Source: the human T2T-CHM13v2.0 reference genome, Homo sapiens. Taken from it: DNA of 64,000 bases. Positions within the stretch are counted from its first letter, which is position 1; the number at the start of each line of letters is the position of its first letter. The translations under genes and the position numbers were made by a program. Where the stretch lies: the NCBI RefSeq assembly GCF_009914755.1, contig NC_060929.1; one strand, written 5' to 3'. Under the pieces are notes generated by a model, which was not told where the DNA came from, did not search any database, and worked only from the letters and a program-made list of their open reading frames with translations. Below are positions 1 to 55,592 of the stretch, in pieces.

Positions 1-65
1 GGTAATCCACCCGCGTCGGCCTCCCAAAGTGCTGGGATTACAGGCTTGAGCCACCACACCTGGCC
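1..65 (-). mobile_element. Alu (partial, window edge)
   Basis: cctcccaaagtgctgggattacaggc...ggcc. Confidence 0.92.
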
Positions 66-303
66 TAAGTAACTTTTTAATGGTATTAATGACCTCTCTG
101 TGCTTCAAAAAGAAAAGTATTACAGTGGTTAACTACTCTTCTATGTAAATGTAGAGTTTTATATTTAATTTAAACAAACTGATATTTAATTCCTGCCAAC
201 CAAAATATCCTCCACTTCTAAGTCATTTAATGCTAAAACTAAAATATACCCTTGTATTTTAACTGAGATTTTTACATACTCGATGATATAATAATTTGTT
301 TTA

Positions 304-678
<375 letters not shown>

Positions 679-756
679 TTAATCAGCATTCTTCAGTTTG
701 TTTTCAAATGGCTTCATTTTTAACAAATTCTGATAATTTAAATGTGTCTCTTACAG

Positions 757-40504
<39,748 letters not shown>

Positions 40505-40702
40505 TCTAATACACTTAAGCTGCAGTCCCAAAATTAGGGGTAAGTTATAAGAAGTTTGGAAATTTTCAGGATGAAGAAAATTTTGTTAGGGCTGTCATTT
40601 CAAACTACTAAATAGAATAAAAAGCTATTTGTTTTCTATAGAGGTTGAATAAAACATAGCCTCATATCATTCTATCTTGGGCTTTAAATTTAAAATTACT
40701 TA

Positions 40703-41008
<306 letters not shown>

Positions 41009-41357
41009 ATTACTCAAGTGAAGGCTAAAGAAATTTTCTTAATAGAACCAACAAGCCCAGAAAAACGATTAGCTCCAGTTTGAATCGTAGGTATAAAGAA
41101 ATCCACGTTGGTACACTGGTTGGATTTCTCAACATTGCTTCAACTATTCCTTTTTTCTTTCTTTTTTCCTGCAAGAAGACATCGGCACTCATAGTGATGG
41201 GGTAAAATTGATTTCATTTTGGAGCATGAATTTATAGTCTCTGCTGTAACAAGGACTTTTCATTTCACGTGCTTTGAAAGAAAACTCAGTTGGGTTTTGG
41301 CCCACTGTTTTTGTTTTTCACTGTATGTTTCACTGAGTACCTACCATGTGCCCATCA

Positions 41358-41366
41358 CTTTTTTTT

Positions 41367-41401
<35 letters not shown>

Positions 41402-41680
41402 AGACAGAGACTCTTTCGCCCAGGCTGGAGTGCAGTGGCGCAATCTGAGTTCACTGTAATCTCCGCCTCTTGGGTTCAAGCAATTCTCCTGCCCGAGCCT
41501 CCCAAGTAGCTGGCATTACAGGCACATGCCACCATGCCTGGCTAATTTTTGTATTTTTAGTAGAGATGGGGTTTCACCATGTTGGCCGGGCTGGTCTCGA
41601 ACTCCTGACCTTGTGATGCACCCACCTCGGCCTCCCAAAGTGCTGGGATTTACAGGCGTAAGCCACTGAGCCCAGTGCCT
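41358..41680 (-). mobile_element. AluS
   Basis: Long poly-T followed by reverse Alu. Confidence 0.94.
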
Positions 41681-42847
41681 AGGACTATATTTTAAAATAA
41701 GCAATGAAAGATTCTGTTTTAATTTGGGATGGACTATATTCATTTGGACTCTTGCTCCTTGAGCTCTTCTGTACTTAAATGGGACTAGCAGTTCTCATCT
41801 CTGAGCTTCGGTTTTGTCATTGAGTTATGTTGAGGATTAAATACTATACTGTATGTGATGCCAGAACTTAGTATGTTGCCTGGCACACTAAGTTGACTCA
41901 GTAAAGGTTAGGAACTGGGCCAGTACAATAAATATCAGGGTTTTGACATTCATCTTTAGATTTTCAACATGAATTAAGACATATCTGACTGGAAGCCAGA
42001 AGATGTGCTGAATGAGCATGTACAGAAGATGTACACCAAGTTGAATTACACTTTAGATTGAATTGGAGGAGTTTTTTTGGCTTGCTTGCTTGCTTGTTTA
42101 CTCCAAGCTAAAATTTAAATCTGGAAAGATTTCACCATCCAAGCTGTCTAACCTAGAAGGTAGTAGAAATGGACTCAAAGCTTCCAGAATGTGTCAGAGC
42201 CCTTCATATGTGTTGTCCTACTTCAGTCTTGAGTCCTCAAGAGCTGTTTTCCAAAATGGCTTTGGCATTTTGGAAAAGTGCTGGATTCACCTTATGTTAA
42301 ATTATGAGAATGCAAAAGATGAGAATGACTTGTAGCTTCAAAGCTTCAATGAGCTACTAACAAGTCTTGAGCACTTTCAGATTTATTACCTCTGTGGTCT
42401 CATCACCAATCATGAATTAACTGTTCTAAGACAAGGTATGAAATAGTTCTCGGTTTTGTAATTAGAGCTAAAAGTAGATCAGTATCTTTTATTCCTGCCT
42501 TTTTGTACTCCTCTTCCTTTTCTTCAGAGGCAGGAGAAAAGGGATTGCTTATATTTCTACACAGATGGATTAACTGCCCTCTGTGAATTCACATGAACGT
42601 TCATAAATGGCCAAAACTTGGCATGATTGGGTAGTAGAGTTCTGTTTGTAAAAGGACCACTATCAGGTAACAGTTTAAATCTCCCAGTAATCTTACCTTA
42701 TTTCTTAATATCCTTTTTATCATTAAAACTGTTTAGCATAGAAAAAAGTTCCTACCAGAAAAACCAAGTGACTGGAAGATAGTGGAAATGACCAAGTGAA
42801 ATAGGATCAGAATGGGAACTAATTAGGAACATCAAGAAGGCAAGTGT

Positions 42848-43155
42848 AGGCAGGGTGTGATGGCCCACATCTATAATCCTAGCATTTCGGGAGGCTGAGG
42901 TGGGAGCATTGCTTGAGCCCAGGAGTTTGAGACCTGCCTGGGCAACATGATGAGACCTCCATCTCTATGAAAAAAATTAAAAAGAAAAAAATGAGCTGGG
43001 CATGGTGGTATGTACCTATGGTCCCAGCTACTCAGGAGACTGGGCAGGAGGATTGCTTGAGCCCAGGAGGTTGGGGCTTCAGTGAGCCATATTCACACCA
43101 CTGCGTTCCAGCCTGGGTGACAGAGCAAGGTGCTATCTCCAAAATAAATAAATAA
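42848..43155 (+). mobile_element. AluJ
   Basis: J-type arms. Confidence 0.92.
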
Positions 43156-43795
43156 ATGTTAAATTTGCTTTTTTCTCTCTCTCTTTTTTTATGTAGAATT
43201 TGTTTGTTGATACTTACTGAATGTAGTGACCCTGCTGTGGTAATGAACACTTCTAGTGCCTTCTAGGCTTAAAATACCAGACAGCCCCAAATAACAAATG
43301 CTCTTTTGTGTTTTGATAGGTTGGATTTCTGTTTGCTTAATATTGGGAATACTGGGGGGAAAAAAGATGGTGTTTTCATTCTAAGGATTGTCCTAAAGAA
43401 AGTGCTACTTTATTTTTAAGAAAGTAAGGCCACTTGTTATATAAGAAATAACAAGTTCCCATTGGGTCCCATTTTGCAAAAGGGGATAAAGAATTAGACT
43501 GATAGCATCATACGAGGCATATTTCACTATACAAAGTGTTGTACACCTGTCTATACAACTCTCCTACCCAGCTTGACCTCACTTTTCATACCTGATGCAG
43601 CAAACAATTCAGTGCCATAGGAGAAGGAAGCAGCATGGTTATAAGTGACTAACACGATATTAGGCAATTTGTCCAAATTTCTCATTTTCTTTATAGGTAA
43701 AGATAGCATTCTTATTTGATTAATTTTTTGTTCCACTGGCTTTGAAAGACAAACGATTGTTAAAGATAAAATTGTTTTTGTTCTTTTTCTTATAG

Positions 43796-46700
43796 GTCCT
43801 TCAGTCTTGGAGACTATAAGGGAGCCTCTGCACCCAGGGAAAATGTTACCCTTTACAGGGGGGAAGGGTAAACCAGTAGGGAATACAGTACAATCCCAAC
43901 CCTACTGGGAGGGGCGGGAGGGAGGTGTTGCCGTCACTGTATTAAGTCGATGTTGGGAAACGTTTTAACATCTGGAGCCTTTGTGGGTGGAAATATGTCT
44001 CCAGTTACAACTCCGCAGTGGATGTGAAGAAGCAAAAAAAAAAAAATCTATTCAGTCTACTCACAAAACAGTACATTGTGGAATATTATGGGGAATTGTA
44101 CCAAAACAAGAACCATATAAATGATGCCTAGGGACAAGAAAGAGGAACAATTCTATAGCGCACAATAAAGGAAACCTAAGAATGGGAGTTACAAATAGTA
44201 AAGAAGCTTTTTTTTTTTTTTAATTTAAAGTTTTTTTATGTAAGTTTTCCCACATGATGGGGCCTTGTTTTGCATGTTGATGAAGAACTACACAAAGAAA
44301 ACTAATATAGTTAAAAGTCAGCTTGCCTTCCCGTAGTAGAAGCAGGTTCTTGGAAGTTACAATTTAAGGTACCCCAAAAAAGTTGGAAATAAAACAAAAC
44401 AAACATAAACAATGAAGCACCCTGTGAAATGCCAAATGAGTCACTCCTTTTACCTTTTTTGGGGTGGGCAGGGAGGGAGGAATAAATGGGGTTGGGCATA
44501 TCAAACTAAAGATGACATCTTAATTTTGCATTGAACATTAATGTAGCGGATATAATTTGATGATTATACTTCATTAGATTTAATTTCTAGGCCAAGATGT
44601 TACTTTTTAAAGTGCAGTTTAAGGTTCAGGCATGCATTCTGGCTCATAGTGGTTGAAAGTAATTTAAATTAGTGGGAAAGTAGCATGCTTGCATCACTTA
44701 GAGTGAGATTGGTATTCATTTACCTATGTTGCGCCAGTTTGTGTTGCAGTTTACCAATTCAATATAGCCCTGCATTTAAAGTTCCTTTTTAAGATTTGTG
44801 GATTTTATTTTTATTAAGAACATAGATATATAAAGTACTGTAGTTTACAGGTAGGCCTTGAAATATCTTTTTTAGGATCTGTTAGGAATAAGATTGATAT
44901 TGTATTGTGTGTAACCTGCACAATGTGGAAAGCTGATATACCTGTGCAAAATCTTTGCCTCTGTGCTGTCAGTGTGATGTGCTTTCTGCATGGTTATATA
45001 CTACTAGTGATTTTATCAAAACTTCTAAAATTTAAATTACGTGGTAAAAGATCTGTAAAAGGCTGCATAAATGTTAGTTGGCACATAAAGACAATTGTAG
45101 AAGTTGAAAAATGATTGCTATATTTCAATGTTTATTCCCACTCAACATACTGCCTTCTAAGCTTCCCTTTTTTTGTTCAAAGCATGATCTTAAAGATATG
45201 TTTAAGTTAATGGATGTAATGCAGGGTTCCTACACTGTATTTTGGCGCATGTTGGTGGCCCTCTGTGCCCTAGATATATGCACACAGGGTGCAAGTTAAA
45301 AGCTACAGAGTGAAAGTTGGTTTGGATCCTCTTCATTTCATTTGTTTAGCTTTTCTGTTATTTTTCTCTACTTACATGTATTCCTGTGAATAAATCCTTG
45401 TTAAGTTAACCCTTTACTTTTCCTTCCATGTGTATTTTCTTATATACTGTGAATGTGAAAACCTAACTGGTACACTTGATCTTGTGTTCATATGAAAGTG
45501 CAAGTCTTTATTAATTTGGATTGCCTGAACAGTGTATCCCATGATGATGAAGGAAAATGGAGAGATTTTTCTTTTTAACTCTGCTGGTCAGAGATGAAGC
45601 CACGCCTTTCCATTTTTCAATGCTGCATATTTAATCTGCAACAAAAATGTTAAGCCATAACAGCCTTTTTATATTTTAGTTTGTCACCTTTGCATTGCAG
45701 AATAAATACTGAATAACCATTTTTATAAGCAGTTGCTCCTCTTTGCATGGTTCTATTCTCTAAAAGTGTTGAATGATACAGCCATTGCACTGAAGTTTGA
45801 GCTGTGTGCGTGTGAATTTATACTGTTTCAAAAATTTCAAATGCATGGTAGCATGTAGAAAGGTTTTTGTTACTATGTGTGTGTGTGTGTTTTGTTTTGT
45901 TTTGTTCTGTTTTTTAACGTTCTTTCACCTTTCCTCTACTTTGGCTTTGCAAATTTCAGTCTGTAGAGCCTGAAATTAAATTATTTTATAGTGCCTGATA
46001 TTTTTAATATTATAAGTTGGATTCAAAGGGTATACAGCATTTTGTTTTCTAGTACCATTGCTTCACTGGGAGCTCAAAATTTGCCTCCCTGTTAGTCTTT
46101 AATAACTGAGTAGAGTAGCTGTTTTATTCTTAGATTATAGTGATATTCTGTAGTGCTTCAAATACTTAGAATTCTAATATGAGAGATAGTTTAATATTCT
46201 GGAATAGAGAGTATTTTAAATTGAAATGACCAAATTCGATTTAAAACAAACACATAACAATCTTCAGTAAAGTTATTTGAACCTGTGGTTGACAATTCTG
46301 TATTGACTAAAGGCAATATTGTCACCTGTCTCATTAAAAATTAGTTTCCAGTTAGGCAGATGAATAACACTATTAAAAATGCACCCAGTTTTGTAGTCAC
46401 TTGACTTTTTTTTTTTATTTAAATGAAATTTAATTTGAAAATAGAAAATAAAATTAGGTAAATATGACTGGCAACCTGAATTTGAGTTGGGATTCTTTGT
46501 GTATTTTTCCCCCTTGAGGTTATTGTTTCTTCCTAATTTATATTTCAGATACATAGTGTAGAACAGGAATTTGCAGAAGCCATTTAAGTTATCTTTTGAG
46601 GTAAGCTCTGATTTAGCATTTATTCTGATAAAATCTAATACATCATGGGATATATATAAAGCAACTTAATTCTTGTGGTGTAGTCTTAATAGTTTTGAAT

Positions 46701-49475
46701 GTTGACTGAATGTCTATAAAATTGTGAGTTTGTCTTTGTTACATTCCAGTGTTTCTGCCTCTTGGCATGCTTAAAGCACGGCTTACTTCATCTGCTCCTT
46801 ACACACTAAAATGCTGTTAGTGTGCTCAACTACAGAAATAGCCGCTGCTAAGTGATGTAGATTTTCTACTTGAATATTTTTATGTTGTAGGAACCTCAGG
46901 AGGTCAGTGTTTACTGTTTTATATATGCCTTCTTTTTCCTGTTTGAGCTTCTCTCTTTGAAGGATTCTAACAGAACAAAGCTGCTGATCAACCTAAGTTG
47001 GAAACAGAAAGTGTAATTAATATAACTTAAATGCATGTTTGGCAGTTCCATGTTACAGTCCATTAGCGAGTGAACTTAGTGCCACAGGTATTCATTTATT
47101 CAGGAAAGAATTTTGCTTTTTGTATTGTCTAATCTCTTCAATGACTTCATACTGTGTAAAAAAAAATCACTTTTTAATATTTTTTGGTTGGTTATTTCCC
47201 AAATAATCAACATGTAAATAATCTTTTAAGAGCCAGTTCTGATGCTTTACATTATTGCTACTTGATTTTGTTATGCAAGTTAGATTTCAGAAGAATAGAT
47301 TTTAAAACACTTAACCAAGCCATTACATCTTAAAAACAAAACAAGTAGCATACATTTTGTAATTAACATTGATAAACACTGTGATTTTTTTGGTTAAGAC
47401 TTTTTCATTGATCTGAATTGCTTAAATTGCATATATTGTAAAATAGGATCAGATGTATATTTTAAACTAATTTCAATGGATTTTCCTCTTGAAATGCTTT
47501 GTCTACTCAGTTATAAAATATTCAGATACAAGTTTTATCTCAGGTGAATACTCTTGTATTGTTTTTGCTTTGGTGACATGCTTATAAAGGGTCATCCTAG
47601 TTACATTCTTTGTTTTTTAAGTGTATTTCATTGAGAATCTTTCCATTTAGTCTGATTTTTTTCCTAATATTCTAGCAGGCTGGGGTGGTATAAAGCCCTC
47701 CTGACAAGCCTTTTGCCTACAGGTTTACCTGAAAATGAGCTACATATGGTCGTCATTTTCTTCAAACTCTCAAAATAGGAAAGTGGAAATTTTTCTCCCC
47801 TATATAAAATTATTCTGCCTAGCAGAAATGCCAGAAATAAATTAATTGCATCTTAGTCTAAATTTAAGTCCTTTGCCATGAGGAAAAAGTGGTTTTTTGC
47901 TTCATATGGTAAATCTATATTATTCATATTGAATGTATTAACAGATAATGGTGCAAAAGCATTCTTCCCAGGGGAAGAGTGTATCATGCATAACTGCAAT
48001 TTAAGTCCTTCCTTTGATAATACTTCAAAACATACACAGCTTTGCTTACTGAATTATTTTTGCAAATAATACAAGGAGGGGAAACTAACTTGCTACTAGT
48101 GTTGTTAATGAAGTATAGGCCTTGGAACATTTAAGAAAACTGGTCTTCAGATAGTTAAGGGCTTGGGATAATTTAAGTGAAAAGTGAGATCAGTAATGAG
48201 CTGTGTTGTTAACAATATTATCTGGTAATAATACCATGCAATATAGCGTTGTATACCAACTTAGTGCATTTTATACTGTATTAAATATGGAGATACTTCT
48301 AATGCCTCTCTAAAATTAAATTTTACATAAAAGTTAGTTTTATTCACCTTTAGGCTTTCCAAGTGAATTGTGACTAATTTTTTCAATCTTACATAGATCT
48401 TTCACCCATTAGCATTACTTACGTAGATAATTCTTTATGCCTAGTTATTATACATATTAATTTTTAAGGTATACATTTAAATTACACAATTGTTCATTGT
48501 GGTTTGTATCCCAGAATGTGTTGTGTTTTTTAAAAGATGCATAATAGCTGAATGTATGCATGACTTTGAAAGAAGTTAAAATGGTGATTTTTTTTCACCT
48601 CTTGTACATTTTAAAACCAGGCCAAATCTATTTGCCAAGCAGTGTATCACTAATAAGAAAAGCAGTTTTTCCTTTTATTGCAGTTTTTGTTTATCTGCCA
48701 TAGAATTTCCTTATACTGTGGCTTGGTATTATTCAAGATTAGCTATTTCGCTGGTATTACATCTTTTTAAAAGCCTATTATAACATGGTTAGCCTATAAG
48801 GCAGTGTTGGTCCCCTTCTAATATTGGCCTCATAAAGGGGTTCCACTGTACTTTCCGCATATTACTGTGTTGTTGTTTTCCTTTGTGGATATATAAGCAA
48901 ATTGAGCTTGGGTGATTTTTATGGAGACAATAATTAGACAATACTGTATAATTAGTTTTACTTAATAGATTATCATCTTGTGAGAAGAGATGTTTAAACG
49001 TGGTAAATCACTTCATATTACAAAACAGTTTTACACTTAATATGTTAACATTGGGTGCAATAATTTAGTAGCATTAGCTTTAGTTACAAATATAACTGGA
49101 TCTTTCTGCTGACAACTTAGGTTGTATGAGTTATGCTTAAAAGCTTTAAATCTGATGTTTCCTGTACCTGCCACACTATGTTAGAATGTGTCCTTCAAAC
49201 ATATCCTCCTGCAACTTCTCAAACTGTACTAAATTGATATTTCTTGAAGTCTAACTCTGTGCTAACAGATCTCCATTTTAAATAGAATACGGTTTTAATT
49301 TTTGATAAGCTGCTGAATTTTAAAGAGAGTTTTTTGGGGCCACCAAATATTTTGGATCATGCAGAGAATATATATTGTACTGTAGTAATTTTGTATTTAC
49401 ATTTGTATGATGTGACATAATAGATGTGAATGTTAATCACTGCTTGACTATGTTAATAAAGTTGTTTAACTATAG
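43796..49475 (+). other. TNPO1: TNPO1 terminal non-coding exon / long 3'UTR
   Basis: Strong acceptor tttttgttctttttcttatag at 43795, then ~5.7 kb of AU-rich sequence with no recognisable Alu, many TGTA and miRNA seed motifs, ending after AATAAA 49455. End position is approximate. Confidence 0.85.
49455..49460 (+). terminator. Distal poly(A) signal of TNPO1
   Basis: AATAAA with several upstream TGTA (CFIm) elements at 49375-49410 and downstream GT/T-rich sequence; Alu/L2-rich DNA resumes afterwards. Confidence 0.8.
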
Positions 49476-49990
49476 ATGTTGCACTCTGATTTTTAATGAA
49501 AGGAAATGAGTTTTCTTTTTCCCTCTTACCCCATTTTGGATCTAGATAAGCCTTATGTTTTTTGGGATTTTTTTCCTTGTTTTTAGTTTGAGGTTTTGTT
49601 TTGTTTTTTCCTTAGCTTACACATTAGTACACTTTTGTTGTTGAACATCATTTATTTCTTAAAACAAGTGTTTTCTTATTTGTATAGTATAGTAAAAACC
49701 TGTTTTTCCACATTTTAACTTAACTCCTTGATGTGTTTTAAACAGTTGATTATAGGTTCTGCTGTTTGAGGATAGGGGACATACTATTCTGTAAAAGGAA
49801 TTAAAGGCGAAATTGTGAATATAAAAAGTTGATGTAAGGAGAGATTGCATGAGTGTGTATGAATGTATGTCCTATTAAGGCTTCCTCTTTATCCTTCAAA
49901 CAGTTAAGATTTGTAATTTGGGGAATTAACATTTATAAGAGTAATTTTTTCTTCAGGTTGTAAGGCATTAATATAGTTGCATGTTACTAA

Positions 49991-50362
<372 letters not shown>

Positions 50363-51044
50363 TGAGATTTAGAACAGGAAAGAGCCTAAAATTAAATCAG
50401 TACAATTCCAAAACTTTTAAGAGAGGTGAGGCTTGGGTTTCTTTTTCTTTGTTACCTGGCCAAGAAAATATTTGAGAAGAGAGAGTTCTCTTGTGTTAAC
50501 AAGAAAATAAAATTGAAACTTGGACATCATGTTCTAAAACACAGCCTCAAGAGTTTAATATTCCAGAATTTTAGGACTTAGGTTGTGGGGAAAAGATAAT
50601 TAAAGTCATCCTAATTCTTGTTCAAGATTAGGAACCAAAAGTCTTTTCTAAGTCGTCAATATTTTAGTGATACTAAAGCCCTATCCATTTTATGCAAATG
50701 ATCTTTTTCTTCTCAGTTCAGGTGATGAAACCATCGTAATGATAAATGAGTAAGGCTGGCTTAACAATTCTTGGACTGGCGGGCATTCTTGTAATGAGTT
50801 CATAATCAGTATGACTCCACAATTTCACGTGATTCTTTAAGAATGATTGGAAAAGTGGCAGCAGGAACTACAGAGCTAACTTGAATTTCCTTTGTGTTCT
50901 ATACAGTTGAATATGGAATTACCAAAGCTCTGTCATTTTAAAAATTCTTTATTTCTGAGTTGTTAATTTGATGTAAAAGTGTAAGAACCCCCGAAACATC
51001 TCCATTATTCAGATAGACACAAATAATGTACACATCACAATTAG

Positions 51045-51557
<513 letters not shown>

Positions 51558-52039
51558 TAAGAAAGACAAGTGAACAGTTAAATGAATTGTAATACAACTA
51601 CCTAGTGATAACTGCTGTTAATATCCTGTGCACATATATAAATATATGGTGAATTTGTGTTTTTAGTTATATCCAGAATTGTTTGTTAATATACATGGAC
51701 ATACCTACATATTATTCTATAAGCAATTTATGCAACTGTCTTACTGTTGTTGGACATTCAGAAGTTTTTTCTAATTTTTCACTCTTAGAAATAAAGTTTT
51801 AGTGAGAGTCGCAATGCTTAAATGTTTGCAAACATCTGTAGCGATTTCTTAGTGAAACTAGCAGGTCAAAGGTAGTTGGTCTAGTCAGATTACCTTTCAG
51901 TTAAATTGTACTCATTTTCATATCCAGCACCAACTCCAGTGGATTCTGTCATGTGTGCTGTAAGTTGTGATTTAATAGCATGATTTTCTAACTTTAGGAA
52001 ATTTTATATACAAAATCTAGGTTTTTATATTACATATTT

Positions 52040-52980
52040 AACAGTTATTTGAGTCTTATATTGCAGGCAGTGTTCCGTGATCTCATGGAGCTTAACATTC
52101 TCTTTTAGGAAGACAGTAGTGTGTTAATGGTGGCAAGTGCCCATAAGGAAAGAAGGAGATGGAAGGTGATGATAGAGTGGGGGAGGTTGCTTTTTCAAAT
52201 GGAGTAAGCAGGTAGGTCTGAGAGGGTGTTGTCATATGAGCAAAAAGCTGAAGAAATGATGGATGTCTGAGGAAGAATACTTCAGGTAAAGGGAACAATA
52301 AGGACAGATGTCCCAAGAACCATAATGCGTTTGTGTAAAACAAATGAGAGGGTTCTAATTTGAGCACCCAGAGTAAGGGAGAAGAGTAGATTAGATCTAA
52401 GAGATAACTGGAAGGCCAGATGGTATAGTTGTTATATCTGAATGAAGTAAAGGGTCATTGTAGGGTTTTGGGTTAGAAAAGTGATGTAATTGAGAATAGA
52501 CTATAGCACAAGAGTCGAAGCAAGTAGACCCTTTTGGGGATGCTACTATGAACAGGGAAGAGTTATCAGTGGCTTGAATCAGGGTGGTAGTGGGGAAGGT
52601 GAAAAGTGGCTGGATATCTGGATATGTTTTAAGGAGGAATCAACATTTGTCAACATACTGAATTTGGGTTGTGGAGAGAAGAATCACAGATGGCTCTTAA
52701 GACTTTTGGTCTGACTTGAGCAGCTGGAAGGGTGCAATTTACCTTAACCAGAGTAGGGAAGATCTGGCATTTGGTTGGAGACATCCATGAGAAGTAGAGT
52801 AGGCAGTTGGAGTTCAGGGAGATAACCTGGCTGAAGATGGAAAGCTGGAAGTTGGTGTATAAATACTGTTTCAAATCATTGGACAAGAACATCATCTGAG
52901 GACTGGAACAATTAAAGATGGTAGGGACTAACCCTGTAGCACTCAACATTAAAGTCTGAGAGCTGACTAAAAATCAAAGG
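52040..52980 (-). mobile_element. L2 fragment
   Basis: Purine-rich, with aagtggctggatatctggatatgttttaagg and agacatcca...aggcagttgga motifs. Confidence 0.75.
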
Positions 52981-53558
52981 AGCGTAGTATTGTGATGTAT
53001 ATTGTCTGCAGTGAGAATTACATTTATAGCATGAAGGTCATTATTTTGGCAGATTTCTGTATGGCTATGGGAGACGTAGAATGAGGGCCATCTCCTTCCT
53101 CTCTTCTAGGGTTCTACAAAGCTTGGGCTTCTGTTTTCCTCAAGGCCAAGTTCAGTGGCTTTGTTTCTTTAAAACTGAGTTGTTCAAAAAATTTGGAAGC
53201 TTATGAAGAGTGAATAAACAGGCCAAAGTGGCCAGATTACAACCCTGAATATTACCAGCTTGTAGTGTCTACATTCAAAATAAAACACCATCCCCAAAAA
53301 AAGATGAGCAACAAGTTTTTGTAATTAGATGAGATTATTTTAGAGTTCATATGAAAAAGTAAGATAAGGCAGAAAAATTGTTAAAACAATAATTAGTGTG
53401 GGACAATGCCAGTTTGACATTCTTTTAAATTGTGGCTTCAGGAATTAAAACTGATGCATGAATAGGCAGCTTAGAAGAACTAAGTTTAGATCTAAACATC
53501 TAAATACACTAGTATATTTGGAAACTATTTTATGGCACTTCAAAGTATAATTTTTAAA

Positions 53559-53972
53559 AGGCCAGGTGTGGTGGCTCATGCCTATAATCTCAGCACCTTG
53601 GGAGGCCAAGGCAGGTGGATCTTGAGCTCAGGAGTTCGAGACTAGCCTGAGCAACATGGTGAAACCCAATCTCTACAAAAAGTACAAAAATTACCTGGGC
53701 GTTGTGGCACTTTGGTTGGACAAGTTGGGAGGACTGCTTAAGCCCAGGAGTTCAAGACCAGCCTGGGCAACTTAGGGAGATGCCCATCTCTACAAAAAAT
53801 AAAATTAGCCGAGCATAGTATCGCACACTTGGGGTCCTAGCTACTTTTGGGAGGCTGGTTCGCGAGGATCACTTGAGCCTAGGAGTTGAAGATTGCACTG
53901 AGCTATGATCATGCCACTGCACTCCAGACTGGGCAGCAGAATGATACCCTGTCTCAAAAACAACAGCAACAA
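53559..53972 (+). mobile_element. Composite AluJ (left arm + near-complete AluJ)
   Basis: Two successive left-arm B-box regions before one right arm. Confidence 0.85.
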
Positions 53973-54309
53973 AAGTCTGCATGACAGTAAAGCTTGGGAA
54001 AAACTTGACAGACTCCTTTCACAGAAAATGGTAATGTTCTAATCTATAAAGCACTACAAGTCAGGATGGCCCAATAGAAAAGTAGGCAATGGGTATGTAT
54101 AGTTCATTAGTTTGAATTTAAGATTTAAAGATAGTCACTCCAATCAACTGAAATTTAAAAGGTCACACACACATTAAAGGTGAAAGAGGTTTGAGGACAT
54201 ACTCTTATCTAGGGAATACAAAAACAGACATTCACACATCGCTAGTGGGAGTAAATTAGTACAACATGAAGGGAACTTACAAATTACTAATATATTTAAA
54301 ATACATTTA

Positions 54310-54328
54310 TGTGTGTGTGTGTGTGTGT
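54310..54328. repeat. (TG)n microsatellite
   Basis: ~9 TG units. Confidence 0.9.
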
Positions 54329-55067
54329 ATAGTTTGACCTATAAATCATCCCCTAAGTAACCTGCATGATAGCCCATAAACAAATGGAAAGGTGCTAAAT
54401 ATCTTCACATTCACTGAATTGGCAAAAATTGAAAACTCAGTCTCTATCAATTGTTAGGATGAATGATGGAGGAATAGGAATTTACAGTGATGATTTAGTC
54501 CAACTACTTTGGAAACCAATTTGCCATTACCCAGTAAAGTTGAACACTTGCGTAGGCTAAAACCTATGCCTACCCCTAGACCTATGTTCTACCCCCAAGG
54601 TGTATGTACAGTGTATATATGCCTTAGAATAACTTGACATATGTGCCAGGAAACAATGTATATCAGCATTGTAATAGCAAAAAAAAAGGAATAACCCAAA
54701 TGCCCGAAAGAATGGGCAAATTTTTAAAATAGAGCTTGGCCAAAAAAGCCAGTCTCAATTCTGTAACTAAAGAGAAGCCATTTATATCGAAGTTTAAAAA
54801 CAAAAAATACATAGTGATGCATGTATACATGTATAATACAAAATTAAGATGGTTACATCTTTGAAGCAGAGCTGAGAATACAATCATGAACATCTGTGTA
54901 CCTGGGTGGTGGGCACATGGATATTCTTTAAATGGTACATACTCATTTCACACATAACTTCGTTGCACCAGAGAAGACCTATTTGCTTACTATGCAATGG
55001 CAGCATATCTTTATTTTTATTTTATTTTATTTTTTTTTAGCAAGTTTGCCTTTTACAATAGAACTAG

Positions 55068-55403
<336 letters not shown>

Positions 55404-55550
55404 TAAAAAGGCAAATTTATAACAACACTTATTATATGATGTGTTAACTCAAGATCATTTCTAATCCAGTATTCTTGGGAACTAAAGAGTATAAGAGCTT
55501 TTGTTGTTAAACTCAAGTATTCAATATTTTCTACAAGGACAGATAATACA

Positions 55551-55592
55551 TTAGATTGATGCAAAAGTAATTGACGTTCTTACCATTGAAAT
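55551..55592. mobile_element. MADE1 (mariner MITE) half
   Basis: ttagattgatgcaaaagtaattg resembles the Hsmar1 TIR. Confidence 0.6.
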
